The position numbers were made by a program, and so were the translations under genes. Positions 1 through 9,356 of a stretch of 64,000 nt of DNA are shown one piece after another; the stretch's first letter is position 1; each line of letters begins with the position of its first letter. The notes under the pieces are model-generated. The model was not told the origin of the DNA and did no database searches. It saw only the letters and a program-made list of their open reading frames with translations. Source of the stretch: Candidatus Cloacimonadales bacterium (GTDB taxonomy: Bacteria; Cloacimonadota; Cloacimonadia; Cloacimonadales; JAIOQZ01); NCBI GenBank assembly GCA_963662655.2, contig CAXXTU010000002.1:1248001-1312000 (forward strand), written 5' to 3'.

Positions 1-1
1 G

Positions 2-949
2 ATCGTTCATCTGGATAAATCTCGTGTTGCGGGAATCCACGTGAAAGGTGGAACGATTATCCGCACCACGAACAAGGGCGGTCCATACGCGTGGCCAATC
101 CAGAATCAGGATGGCTCTTGGACGACTGTCGATCGCTCCGACGAATTGATCCGCAAATTGCAGTATCAGAATATCAACGCGGTCATCAGCATCGGTGGCG
201 ACGGCTCGCAAAGGATATCGCAAGCCTTGTACGAGAAAGGTCTCAACGTTGTCGGCGTCCCCAAGACCATCGACAACGATCTCGCCAGCACCGATTTCAC
301 ATTCGGATTTCAAACTGCGATGGAGATCGCAACGGACGCCGTGGATAAGCTCGTCTCGACCGCCGAGAGTCACAACCGCACCATGATCCTCGAGGTGATG
401 GGGCGTGACGCAGGCTGGATCGCGCTTTACGCCGCGATCGCAGGTGGAGCGGAGATTTGCCTCATCCCCGAGATTCCCTACAACATCGAGATGATTCGCG
501 ACCGGATACGCAGTCGTTACGAGCGCGGACGCGGTTTCGTGAACATCGTTATCGCCGAGGGAGCGATGCCCGAAGGCGGAAGCGTCGTCGGCGAGAAAAG
601 CAACGAAGTTGGATACGAAAATTTCAGGCTGGGGGGAGCCGGGATGCGGCTGATGCAGGAGCTCAAAGAAGCCGGACTTGAAGTCGATATGCGTGTGTCG
701 ATCCTTGGGCATTTGCAACGCGGCGGATCGCCATGCGCGTTTGATCGCGTGCTTGCAACCCAGTTTGGCGTGAAGGCGTTCGAGCTGGTGATGCAACAGA
801 AGTGGGGGCACATGGTCGCCTACCGGAACCAGGACATTATCGCGGTTCCGCTTAAAGAGGCAATCGCCAAGTACAACTATATCGGCATGGACTCGAACAT
901 CCTGCAGACGGCTCGAGGGCTCGATATCTGTCTGGGAAACAATCCGTAA
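2..949 (+). CDS. pfkA: 6-phosphofructokinase (5' end lies outside the window)
   Basis: Frame open from base 2. GGDGS, PKTIDND, MGR and LGHLQRGG motifs; the GGDG+PKTIDND combination is typical of group III (mixed-substrate clade) PFKs. Confidence 0.93.
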   Translation: MVHLDKSRVAGIHVKGGTIIRTTNKGGPYAWPIQNQDGSWTTVDRSDELIRKLQYQNINAVISIGGDGSQRISQALYEKGLNVVGVPKTIDNDLASTDFTFGFQTAMEIATDAVDKLVSTAESHNRTMILEVMGRDAGWIALYAAIAGGAEICLIPEIPYNIEMIRDRIRSRYERGRGFVNIVIAEGAMPEGGSVVGEKSNEVGYENFRLGGAGMRLMQELKEAGLEVDMRVSILGHLQRGGSPCAFDRVLATQFGVKAFELVMQQKWGHMVAYRNQDIIAVPLKEAIAKYNYIGMDSNILQTARGLDICLGNNP

Positions 950-976
950 GCGATACGAATTTAGTTAGCGATAGAA

Positions 977-1010
977 AAGGGAGCGATGGTCGTCGCTCCC
1001 TTATTGTTTT
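977..1010. terminator. Probable bidirectional intrinsic terminator between pfkA and bamA
   Basis: AAGGGAGCGA-tggtcg-TCGCTCCCTT stem with an A-run before and a T-rich tract after, between convergent genes. Confidence 0.7.
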
Positions 1011-1031
1011 TATGCTTGCTGCTAGATTTGA

Positions 1032-3269
1032 TTAGAATGTGTATCCCAACTGGAAGTGCGGCTCCCAGTCGTCGCGATCGAAGTTATAAGCATAATCGAA
1101 TCCGATCAGGCCCAACGGGCTGCGTAAACGAAGCCCCAGACCGCCGCCTTTCTTCAGGTTCCAGAAATTGAACTCGTCAATCGCGTCATAGCTGTCGCCG
1201 GCGTCGAAGAAGAACAAACCGATGATCTCGTCGCCAGCCAGCGGGAAGGCGTACTCGGCGGAGAAGATGATCTCCCTGTGACCGCCGTCGGTTGGCCCAA
1301 TCGAGCGGTCGGAGTATCCGCGAATACCGTCGGAGCCCGTGCCTCCGAGGTAGAATCTCTCTTCAGGCGGAACCTCGTCCGAGCGACCGTACTTGGTTAC
1401 ATAACCCATACGAACCTTGGTTCGGAGCACAAACTCCCAGAAGGTCTTCAGGTAATAGCGAAACTCCATGATGTTCTTGTAGTAATCGAAATCACCCTGG
1501 AGCGCGCCACCCGCAAGTTCCTGATAGATGGTGAACTGCGTACCGGTTGTCGGGAAGAATACGTTGTCGCGGCTGTCGCGGCTGAACGTCAGATACACGT
1601 TACTGTTGTACTGCCAGTCTTTCGCTTCCAGGTTCTTGATGGTCGTGGAATAGGAATCGTCGCGGTCGATGATCGTGTATTTCTTGGAAGATAGCGAGTA
1701 ACCGAGTGTTACCTTTGCGAAATCGAGGAACGGCACGTTGTGCCCGACGCGCACCGAACCGCCGTTGGTGCGTACCTCGAAGTTGGATGAGGTATAATCT
1801 TTCTCCGTGCGGTACAGGCTCATACCGCCGGATGTGTAGGTATCGAACAGGTACGGATCGGTCAGGTTCAGCTCGAAATCCTGCGTGTACTTACCGAACT
1901 CGTATTGGAAGCTCGCCTGGTACGCGCTGCCGAAGAGGTTGTTGTGCGATACCGCGAGCTGCCCGACGAATTTATCGGTGCTGTTATACCCCACACCGCC
2001 GTTGGCTGTTCCCGAATGCTTGTCGTTCACGTTCAGGATCAGGTCGATATCGCCGTTCTCGTTGATCTGGCGCCAATCCGGGTACATATCCGGCTCGAAG
2101 AATCCGAGGTTGTATATATTCCGCTGCGACTGGATCAGCTTGGAGCGCTGGAAGTAGTCTCCGGGGCTGATCGCGAGCTGCCTGCGAATGATCTTCTCTT
2201 TGGTGGTGCGATTGCCACTGATGTGAATTTTGTGGATTCTCGCGCGGGTGTTTTCCTGAATCTTCACATGGATATCCACGTAGTTGCCACGCTTCTCGAG
2301 CGTCTCGTCGAACTGCGAATAGATATAACCTTCTTCGTAATACATCGAGCTGAGATTCATGAGCTGCTCTTCGTAGTATTCGCGGTCGAAAACCTCGTCC
2401 TCCATGAAGTCGAACTGGGAAATGAGCACTTCGTCGGTGAAACGCTCGTTGCCTTCGACACTCACGTCGCCGAACATGAACTGCTCGCCCTCGTAGAGGA
2501 ATATGTCGATATACATGTATTCTTCTTCGAGGATGTTGGTTTCCCAGGAGATGATACGGGCGTCGATGTACCCGCGTATGCTGTAGAAGCTGATGATTTT
2601 CTCGAGGTCGTCATCGAACTTCTGCTGATCGAATTTACCGGAGTAGAACAGGCTTTTCTGCTTCGTGTCCGCCATCTCGTGACGCAGACGTCCAGAGGGA
2701 ATTTCCTTGTTACCGTGGAAATGGATTTTCTTGATTCGGATCTCGGAACCTTCATCGATCATGACGTTGACGGCCACGCGATTGTTGTCCAGAGGTTTAG
2801 CTTCGAACTCGATCTTCGCGAAGTGATACCCTTTTTCCTGGTACTCCTCAAAGATGTGTTGCCGCGTCTCCGACATGAGGTATGGCGACCAGTAGCTTCC
2901 TTTTCGCAGGGTGACGACTTCTTCGAAATCGTCTTCGTCGAGCTCGTCGTATCCTTCGTAGGTCACTTCATCCACGATGGGAAACTCTTCCAGCCGGATC
3001 AGGAGCTCAACGCCGCCTTCGACTTCCTCGCCCTCAACCACGATGTTGTTGAACACGCCCAACTGGTATAGATTCTTGATTGAGTTCGCTACTTCATCCG
3101 CTGTGAGGAAATCACCCAGCTTGAGTGTGACCACCGAAAAGATCAGTTCCGAATCGATATTTTGATTCCCCTCGAGACGAATATCCATGATTACGTTTTC
3201 GCCAACGCCGAACAATCCCGTAAGAACCGTCAGCAGTAACATTGCAAGCAGTATGTGCTTGAAGTTCAT
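1032..3269 (-). CDS. bamA: Outer membrane protein assembly factor BamA (Omp85)
   Basis: Signal peptide, POTRA-like repeats (I.I.GN..T...I.R), barrel motif FYLGG...IRGY, SPLGLIGFDYA and C-terminal Phe. Confidence 0.95.
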   Translation of the reverse strand: MNFKHILLAMLLLTVLTGLFGVGENVIMDIRLEGNQNIDSELIFSVVTLKLGDFLTADEVANSIKNLYQLGVFNNIVVEGEEVEGGVELLIRLEEFPIVDEVTYEGYDELDEDDFEEVVTLRKGSYWSPYLMSETRQHIFEEYQEKGYHFAKIEFEAKPLDNNRVAVNVMIDEGSEIRIKKIHFHGNKEIPSGRLRHEMADTKQKSLFYSGKFDQQKFDDDLEKIISFYSIRGYIDARIISWETNILEEEYMYIDIFLYEGEQFMFGDVSVEGNERFTDEVLISQFDFMEDEVFDREYYEEQLMNLSSMYYEEGYIYSQFDETLEKRGNYVDIHVKIQENTRARIHKIHISGNRTTKEKIIRRQLAISPGDYFQRSKLIQSQRNIYNLGFFEPDMYPDWRQINENGDIDLILNVNDKHSGTANGGVGYNSTDKFVGQLAVSHNNLFGSAYQASFQYEFGKYTQDFELNLTDPYLFDTYTSGGMSLYRTEKDYTSSNFEVRTNGGSVRVGHNVPFLDFAKVTLGYSLSSKKYTIIDRDDSYSTTIKNLEAKDWQYNSNVYLTFSRDSRDNVFFPTTGTQFTIYQELAGGALQGDFDYYKNIMEFRYYLKTFWEFVLRTKVRMGYVTKYGRSDEVPPEERFYLGGTGSDGIRGYSDRSIGPTDGGHREIIFSAEYAFPLAGDEIIGLFFFDAGDSYDAIDEFNFWNLKKGGGLGLRLRSPLGLIGFDYAYNFDRDDWEPHFQLGYTF

Positions 3270-3516
3270 TCAACCTCCGATAATCAATACAATAAACCAC
3301 GTCATAACGTACGGATATGGTTTCAGAGTAAAGCTTTTTTTCGTATTCCTGCAGGTCAAGCGATTCTTGAATGGTCTGAATACAAGCCTTACAGAGAACA
3401 CAACGGATTCCGTTACCATTTGTAACACCCCAATTACGAGGGACGCGTTCGATTCTAATAATCTGCGAAAAATTTCTTGACCGGAATACCTCTATTGTAA
3501 AGGTTGTTTCCGACGT

Positions 3517-3592
3517 GGGGCATTAGCTCAGCTGGGAGAGCGCCACACTGGCAGTGTGGAGGTCAGCGGTTCGATCCCGCTATGCTCCACCA
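3517..3592 (+). tRNA. tRNA-Ala (GGC)
   Basis: 76-nt cloverleaf GGGGCAT...ATGCTCC-ACCA, anticodon loop CTGGCAG, TTCGA T-loop. Confidence 0.97.
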
Positions 3593-3739
3593 TTTTTGTA
3601 TCCAAACGACAAACTTAATCGCATCTTAATATTTGAGCGCTGCCGATCATCTTACCTGCAATATCAAGCTACCCAGCATGAGCCACGAAAAAGCCCGAGT
3701 CGTTTCCAACCCGGGCGCAATGAACTTCCAGAATGTATT

Positions 3740-4384
3740 CTATATCTTGTCTCTGAGGTCGGCGCAGTACTTCTGCAGACACTCGTCGATGACTTTTTTA
3801 TACTTGCTGTTCGCGGCAACCTGAGTAGCCCTCTTCTGGAATCCTTCGACTTTGATCGTCCTCTTTGCGGGAGCTTCGATATTCAGTGTTGTTTTCACTT
3901 CCATGTTGAGCCATATCGAACCGCCGGAAATTCTCCAGAACCAGAACTTGTCTATGTCCACATCGATAATTTCGGTGTCTGGTTTGACATCCTGTTCATT
4001 TTGCAAAACCGTGTATCCCATGTTGTAAAAGGTATTCTCGATCATGTCTTTCATGAGAGATTGAACTGTCGTCCCATCCTCCAGCAACCAGCAGCCGGTA
4101 TTTTTGCCAAAACCCCTCTTCTTGCGGCCGAACACACGAGACTTCTCCTCTTCAGTAACAAGCATTTTCCCGTCTCGCACAATGGAAGGCACTTCAGGAA
4201 GCATTGAATCGTCTTCAAAGTATCGTGCATCGTTTACGGTTCTGATAAACACCGTTTTCCCGTTTTTCTCGACGCTGCTCTTCTTTTGCGAATAATCCAT
4301 TTGCATGCTCGAGTGGGAAGACGCACATCCCGTGAACAGAAGTACGAACAACCCTAAGCCCATCAATGTCAACATTCTTTTCAT
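3740..4384 (-). CDS. Lipoprotein, possibly YajG-like
   Basis: Lipobox LFTG-C after a hydrophobic leader; V.D.R motif and ~210-aa size resemble YajG-family lipoproteins (inference). Confidence 0.65.
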   Translation of the reverse strand: MKRMLTLMGLGLFVLLFTGCASSHSSMQMDYSQKKSSVEKNGKTVFIRTVNDARYFEDDSMLPEVPSIVRDGKMLVTEEEKSRVFGRKKRGFGKNTGCWLLEDGTTVQSLMKDMIENTFYNMGYTVLQNEQDVKPDTEIIDVDIDKFWFWRISGGSIWLNMEVKTTLNIEAPAKRTIKVEGFQKRATQVAANSKYKKVIDECLQKYCADLRDKI

Positions 4385-4560
4385 CTTGAATCCTCTCTTT
4401 CCTTGGTATAATTCTGAATTGCATTTATAAAATCATATTAGGGGTCGAGGATTAATCTCTGTCAAGCAAATCGGGATATAGCGATTATTCAGGAGTACCC
4501 CTATAATTATCACGCCATGAAAGCCTATAGTTCTAATTTGCAACAAAATACCTATGCTTG

Positions 4561-4708
4561 CCGTCTGAATTGGAGGCAGTTATCCACAGTGTGTCATCCT
4601 GAGCTGTAGGTTTCACGAAATGATAACCTGGATCACCCATAGAGTCTAAGGACACTGTGGATAACATCGATCGATAATCATCGAACCAAGATTACACAGA
4701 AAAATGGG
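4561..4708 (+). repeat. DnaA-box-bearing repeat element, copy 1 (copy 2 at 23476-23622, inverted)
   Basis: About 85-90% identical by hand alignment to the reverse complement of 23476-23622. TTATCCACA (4580-4588) and TGTGGATAA (4656-4664) lie in a 14-bp inverted repeat. Confidence 0.9.
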
Positions 4709-4793
4709 AGTATTCCAATATAGCGATAATTTTCTTGACAAATCAATCGAATGAAATAAAAGTATTGTATCAAATTTCCAAGGAGGAACGATT

Positions 4794-4832
4794 ATGCAAA
4801 AGAATTCAGAACACACAGGAGTAGCAATCTAA
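4794..4832 (+). CDS. Possible 12-aa small ORF (MQKNSEHTGVAI)
   Basis: Strong SD AAGGAGG 7 nt before the ATG, TTGACA at 4735-4740, terminator downstream. Confidence 0.3.
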   Translation: MQKNSEHTGVAI

Positions 4833-4905
4833 CCGAAGATCGGACTTCCTTACCCAAAGACATATAAACACACTCGGTAACAACCGTCGTGTAACATATT
4901 GCATG

Positions 4906-4940
4906 GGGAAACCGGTCTTCCCGGCTGGTTTCCCTTTTTT
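4906..4940 (+). terminator. Intrinsic terminator
   Basis: GGGAAACCGGTC-ttccc-GGCTGGTTTCCC stem (G.U pairs) followed by T6. Confidence 0.75.
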
Positions 4941-4956
4941 CATGATAAACATTATG

Positions 4957-4992
4957 GAGCCTGCGAACCGGCTGGAACGCGGGCTCTTTTTT
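4957..4992 (+). terminator. Second intrinsic terminator in tandem
   Basis: GAGCCTGCG...CGCGGGCTC stem followed by T6. Confidence 0.65.
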
Positions 4993-5173
4993 ATCCGGAA
5001 GGGGCGTTTGGAACCCCAGACAGTCAAGTAATACGATTTCCCGATAGTACAACCACAAATGGAAAATGATCCATCGGGACATCGTTCCCAGAGAACCATT
5101 TCCGCATCCTTTATCTCTCTGATTCAGGAATCGTCAAAGCGGAAATGGTATAACAGCAATTTCCGGAGAATGT

Positions 5174-5944
5174 ATGTCAATCGACAATATCATGAAAACC
5201 GATCTCATGCGGTATGAGGAATCCTGCGAGGATTTCATCAACGAGGGGCTGATCACCGACTTCGTCCGCGTCGTCAAGAAAGGCAAAGAGGCTGTGGTGG
5301 TCTGCTGCAAGGCGCACGAGAGCCTCAATATGGATTATATCGCGCTCAAGCTGTACCGCGAACGCAAGTATCGCAACTTCCGCAACGACAGCATCTATCA
5401 GGAAGGGAAGATATGGGACCAGCGCGCGCTGCGAGCCATCAAGAAGAACACGGAGACCGGAATGCAGGCGGAACGCTCCGTCTGGGTGAGAACCGAGTAC
5501 GAAGCGCTCGACCTCCTATTCGACCTCGGACTGAATGTTCCCGAGCCTGTCGCGCACACCGAAGATGCAGTCGCGATGGCGTTCATCGGTGACGAGGAGT
5601 ACGCCGCCCCGCTACTGAAGAGCGTTCGATTCGAAAGCCCACAAGAGGCGGAGAGATGCTTCGACAAGCTCATCGATCACGCGTGGCAGATGCTGAACAA
5701 CGGGATTGTCCACGGCGACCTCTCCCCCTTCAACATCCTCTACCACAAGGGCGAGCCTTGGATCATCGATTTCCCGCAGAGCTGTAACCCGAACGTGAAC
5801 ATCAACGGTTACGACATCTTCCTGCGAGACATCCACAACCTCTGCAACTTCTTCGAGAAGCATGGCGTCCATCGCGACGCGAACGAGCTCACGATGCAGA
5901 TATGGGAGCCGGTGTACGGCCCAACCCTGAGCATGGGACTGTGA
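5174..5944 (+). CDS. RIO1-family atypical protein kinase/ATPase
   Basis: GKEAVV, ALKLYR, VHGDLSPFNIL and IIDFPQ motifs. Confidence 0.9.
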   Translation: MSIDNIMKTDLMRYEESCEDFINEGLITDFVRVVKKGKEAVVVCCKAHESLNMDYIALKLYRERKYRNFRNDSIYQEGKIWDQRALRAIKKNTETGMQAERSVWVRTEYEALDLLFDLGLNVPEPVAHTEDAVAMAFIGDEEYAAPLLKSVRFESPQEAERCFDKLIDHAWQMLNNGIVHGDLSPFNILYHKGEPWIIDFPQSCNPNVNINGYDIFLRDIHNLCNFFEKHGVHRDANELTMQIWEPVYGPTLSMGL

Positions 5945-5953
5945 AGACGATTT

Positions 5954-5985
5954 CAGGCCGGAGTGTCATCGCTCCGGCCTGTTTT
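5954..5985 (+). terminator. Intrinsic terminator
   Basis: CAGGCCGGAG-tgtcatcg-CTCCGGCCTG stem plus TTTT just after the stop codon. Confidence 0.75.
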
Positions 5986-6401
5986 CTCACGACCATAATC
6001 GTTTTATCCCACCCCCGATTCAGCTAGAGGACGTGTTTTAACTTCGCAAAACACACAATATCAGAATCACAGATGCCCGGTATTGCTCTTACGGTTTAGC
6101 TGAGCCTTACGAATAGAGGTTCCAGTGATTGCGTTGACGCCACCACCCTGTAATACTGCGTTTCCAAGGCAGGAACCGGCCAAATCCAGCTCATCCGCCC
6201 TAGTTAACGTCCTACGAAATGTATCAAAAGTGGTTCCACTTTTACATGATGGATATCTGTCCAAACTAACGGTGCCACTTCTGATTGTGAGTTTCTGCTG
6301 ATGTCCCTTTCTAACAAAGCCCGAGATATTTAAGGGATTTTCATTGCATCGGAACAGAATGTGCATAATTTGTAGGTAACTACTTCATAAGGGGTTCTGC
6401 G

Positions 6402-9356
6402 ATGAAAAAGTTCATGTTGTCAGTTTTCCTGTTTTTTACTTTTCTTACACTTCTTGAAGCAGCTCCTGTCCTGCAGAGCGACGCAGATATCGTCGCGGAT
6501 AACTGGAGCAAACACTGGAGTGTACTGCATAACCGTGAAATAAACGTGAGTTATTCGGAATCGATCGGGACACAGATGTATCTGTATCACCTGGATCCTG
6601 CCGGATTCATCCTGATCTCGGCTGACGATAACCTCGAGCCGATTCTGGCCTACGACTTCACGAGTACTGCACCTGCCGAGAAACCAGCCGGCTTCTTGAA
6701 CTGGCTGGATGTTTATCAGGAAGAATGCGATTACGTTCGCGTTCACGAAATCGAAGACGCACGTTGTAATCAACTGTGGTCCGACCTGTTGTCGGACGAC
6801 CTTTCCCGCTATCGTAACACTCGCAATGTGTCTCCGATGATTTGGTCGCAATGGGGAGAACAAGACGATTGGAATCAAGCCTGTCCCCCTGACCCGATTG
6901 GCCCCGGCGGGAATGCCTACGCCGGCAGCCATGCTGTCGCGATGGCCATGCTGATGAAATACTGGAATCATCCTGCACAGGGTGAAGGACAGAACAGCTA
7001 TTACCTCCCGGATTACGGAAATATCGAAGCGGTGTTCGATACAACTCATTACGGTTGGACGCACATGCCGAACACTTTCAGCACCAACTGGACAGAGGAC
7101 TTGATCTTCCATTGCGGTGTCGCGACATCCATGAACTACGGCCCAACAAACTCAACCACTTCGATCGACGCAGTGGCTCAGGCGATGATCGATCATTTCC
7201 GCTACAGCTCCGAAATCGATCTCCTGGAAAGGTCGGATTACGACGAAACCGCCTGGGAAGGAATGCTTCGAACTGAGTTGGAAAATGGAAGGCCGCTTTT
7301 TTATCAGGGCGAAGGCTCGGCCTTGCACGCTCACTTGCTGGATGGCTATCAAAACAACGATTACTTCCATTTCAACTGGGGAAACGAAGGTCAATTCAAC
7401 GGATACTTCCAGCTCAGCGCTATCACACCCTCTACGGCCAACTACACGTTGAACCAGAAAGCCCTGTTCAACATACAGCCAAGTCTCGGGCCTGTAACAA
7501 TCGACGAGAGCTTCGAGAACGACTGGAATACGTTCAACTGGGAATTCGCCGGACAATCAGAGTGGCAGATTGCCACAGACGAACATTTTTACGGCATCAA
7601 ATCAGCGAAGTCCGGTGACATCAACCACAACCAGACGTCAGAGATTTTCCAGTCCTGGAACGTATTCGCCGACGGTCCCATCACTTTCTGGCGCAGGGTT
7701 TCCTGCGAAGACGACGGCGATAACGGCTATGACCGCCTGGAATTCTGGATCGACGGAGCCGAAGTGGGTCGCTGGGGCGGCGAACGAGGCTGGGAGCAGA
7801 TATCGTACGATATCCCGGCCGGCGTGCATGAGTTCCGCTGGGTCTATCGAAAAGACGGTAGCCTTGTCTCCGGACAGGACTGCGCGTGGATCGATGCGAT
7901 CGACTTCCCGAACGGCGCAACGCCGTTGAACGCCCCCCGGAACTTCACCGCGGAGATCGTGAACGATGATTCCGTTCTCATGACGTGGGAAGCGCCGCTG
8001 ATCCGTAACCTTCTCGGCTATCGTATCTACAGGAATAACGTCGAGATAACGACGATACTGAATCCGAACACCCTTCAGTTCATCGATCCCGACCTGCCAA
8101 ACGGATCCTACTCGTACTTCGCCAGAGCAGTTTACGATTCGGGCGTATCCGATCCTACCGTCACCTATAATATCAATATCGAGGTGCTCTATCCTCCCAC
8201 GGCTCTCGTGGCGGCGGTGTCGAATTTCGATGACGTACTGCTTGCCTGGAACATGCCAGCGACGCAGCAGAGTCGGCGAACACCCCGTGAACTCACCCGC
8301 AGCCTGCTGGGCTATCGCATTTACCGCAACAACACCCTGATCGATTCGGTTAGCGGTCAAACTACCTTGCAATACGCCGAGAACGATCTACCGGAAGGAA
8401 CATACGAATATCGTGTATCGGCAATCTATTCAAGCGGTTATTCAGAGCTTTCCAACGTCGCCGTTGCGGCTATTGGCGTTCCCTGGCCGCCCTCCGGGCT
8501 GACGGCACAGGTTCAGAATTTCGACGAAGTCTTCCTGGATTGGACTGCGCCACCGCAGACAATGGAAACACTAACAGGCTACAAAATATACCGAAACCAG
8601 AGCCTTGTGCATGAACTGACGGACGCCACCAACACCAGCTACACCGAAGTTGACCTGCCCAACGGCACGCACGAGTATCAAGTCACAGCAATCTATGGGG
8701 AAATCGAGTCCGGACCATCGAATACGGCAATGGCTGCGATTGAAGTACCCTATCCGCCTCGAAACCTCACCGCGGATGTCGTTGAGGACGACGTTACGCT
8801 GGATTGGGACGCCCCATCCACTGGATCGCGCAGTCTCAGCGCTTACTACGTGTACCGTAACAACAGCCCGATCGCGACGATTTGGAATACCAACGTGACT
8901 TCGTACTTCGATCCCATGCTGGCGAACGGATTCTACGCCTACAAGGTCGTCGCAGTTTACGGCGATGTATATTCAGAACCCTCTAACATCGTGAATATTG
9001 AAATGGATATCCCCTATCCGCCATCCAACCTGACGGCACAGATCGAGAATCTGAACGACATCGTTCTGAATTGGGAACAGCCGCCGGTTCAGAGTGGATT
9101 GCGTTCGTTTATCGGATATCATGTCGTACGAAACGGCGTCGATCATGCGCTGGTGACGGATTTCAACCAGTTGACCTGGACCGACGGGAACGTAGACAAC
9201 GGCGTCTACGAATACTCCGTTTACGCTGAATACAACGCAGGAAATTCAGAACCCACGAACGATGTCGAAGTAACGGTGGAAGTGCTGTATCCTCCGCGGA
9301 ACCTTTCATATTCCATCGTGGATGACGATGTCGTTCTGACCTGGGACTTACGGTAA
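6402..9356 (+). CDS. N-terminal part of a giant secreted protein: Spi/I69-like propeptide, peptidase C10-like domain (catalytic Cys replaced by Ser), carbohydrate-binding/MAM-like domain, FN3 repeats; frameshifts into 9353-17095
   Basis: Signal peptide; GFILISADD..PILAY prodomain; AYAGSHAVAM..MKYW, H...DGY and FHFNWG motifs. One missing C at ~9351 (TTA C[C]G GTA) would restore an FN3 repeat. Confidence 0.85.
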   Translation: MKKFMLSVFLFFTFLTLLEAAPVLQSDADIVADNWSKHWSVLHNREINVSYSESIGTQMYLYHLDPAGFILISADDNLEPILAYDFTSTAPAEKPAGFLNWLDVYQEECDYVRVHEIEDARCNQLWSDLLSDDLSRYRNTRNVSPMIWSQWGEQDDWNQACPPDPIGPGGNAYAGSHAVAMAMLMKYWNHPAQGEGQNSYYLPDYGNIEAVFDTTHYGWTHMPNTFSTNWTEDLIFHCGVATSMNYGPTNSTTSIDAVAQAMIDHFRYSSEIDLLERSDYDETAWEGMLRTELENGRPLFYQGEGSALHAHLLDGYQNNDYFHFNWGNEGQFNGYFQLSAITPSTANYTLNQKALFNIQPSLGPVTIDESFENDWNTFNWEFAGQSEWQIATDEHFYGIKSAKSGDINHNQTSEIFQSWNVFADGPITFWRRVSCEDDGDNGYDRLEFWIDGAEVGRWGGERGWEQISYDIPAGVHEFRWVYRKDGSLVSGQDCAWIDAIDFPNGATPLNAPRNFTAEIVNDDSVLMTWEAPLIRNLLGYRIYRNNVEITTILNPNTLQFIDPDLPNGSYSYFARAVYDSGVSDPTVTYNINIEVLYPPTALVAAVSNFDDVLLAWNMPATQQSRRTPRELTRSLLGYRIYRNNTLIDSVSGQTTLQYAENDLPEGTYEYRVSAIYSSGYSELSNVAVAAIGVPWPPSGLTAQVQNFDEVFLDWTAPPQTMETLTGYKIYRNQSLVHELTDATNTSYTEVDLPNGTHEYQVTAIYGEIESGPSNTAMAAIEVPYPPRNLTADVVEDDVTLDWDAPSTGSRSLSAYYVYRNNSPIATIWNTNVTSYFDPMLANGFYAYKVVAVYGDVYSEPSNIVNIEMDIPYPPSNLTAQIENLNDIVLNWEQPPVQSGLRSFIGYHVVRNGVDHALVTDFNQLTWTDGNVDNGVYEYSVYAEYNAGNSEPTNDVEVTVEVLYPPRNLSYSIVDDDVVLTWDLR

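Noticed and set aside
1278..3071. Long plus-strand ORFs (e.g. 1905-3071); similar ones at 21275-22105, 24515-25441, 40340-41383, 41550-42407, 43576-44616 and 44862-45776
   Set aside because: Antisense shadows of well-supported genes, with no motifs or SD.
4561..4708. oriC or SAM-I riboswitch
   Set aside because: Only two boxes, duplicated 19 kb away, and no dnaA/dnaN nearby. TTATC...GAAACC...GATAA resembles SAM-I only superficially; the GAGGGA/GGCCC and GCAACC/GGTGC cores are absent.
6000..6400. 400-bp spacer with a 99-aa minus-strand ORF (6067-6366)
   Set aside because: No SD, motif, repeat or convincing fold could be identified.
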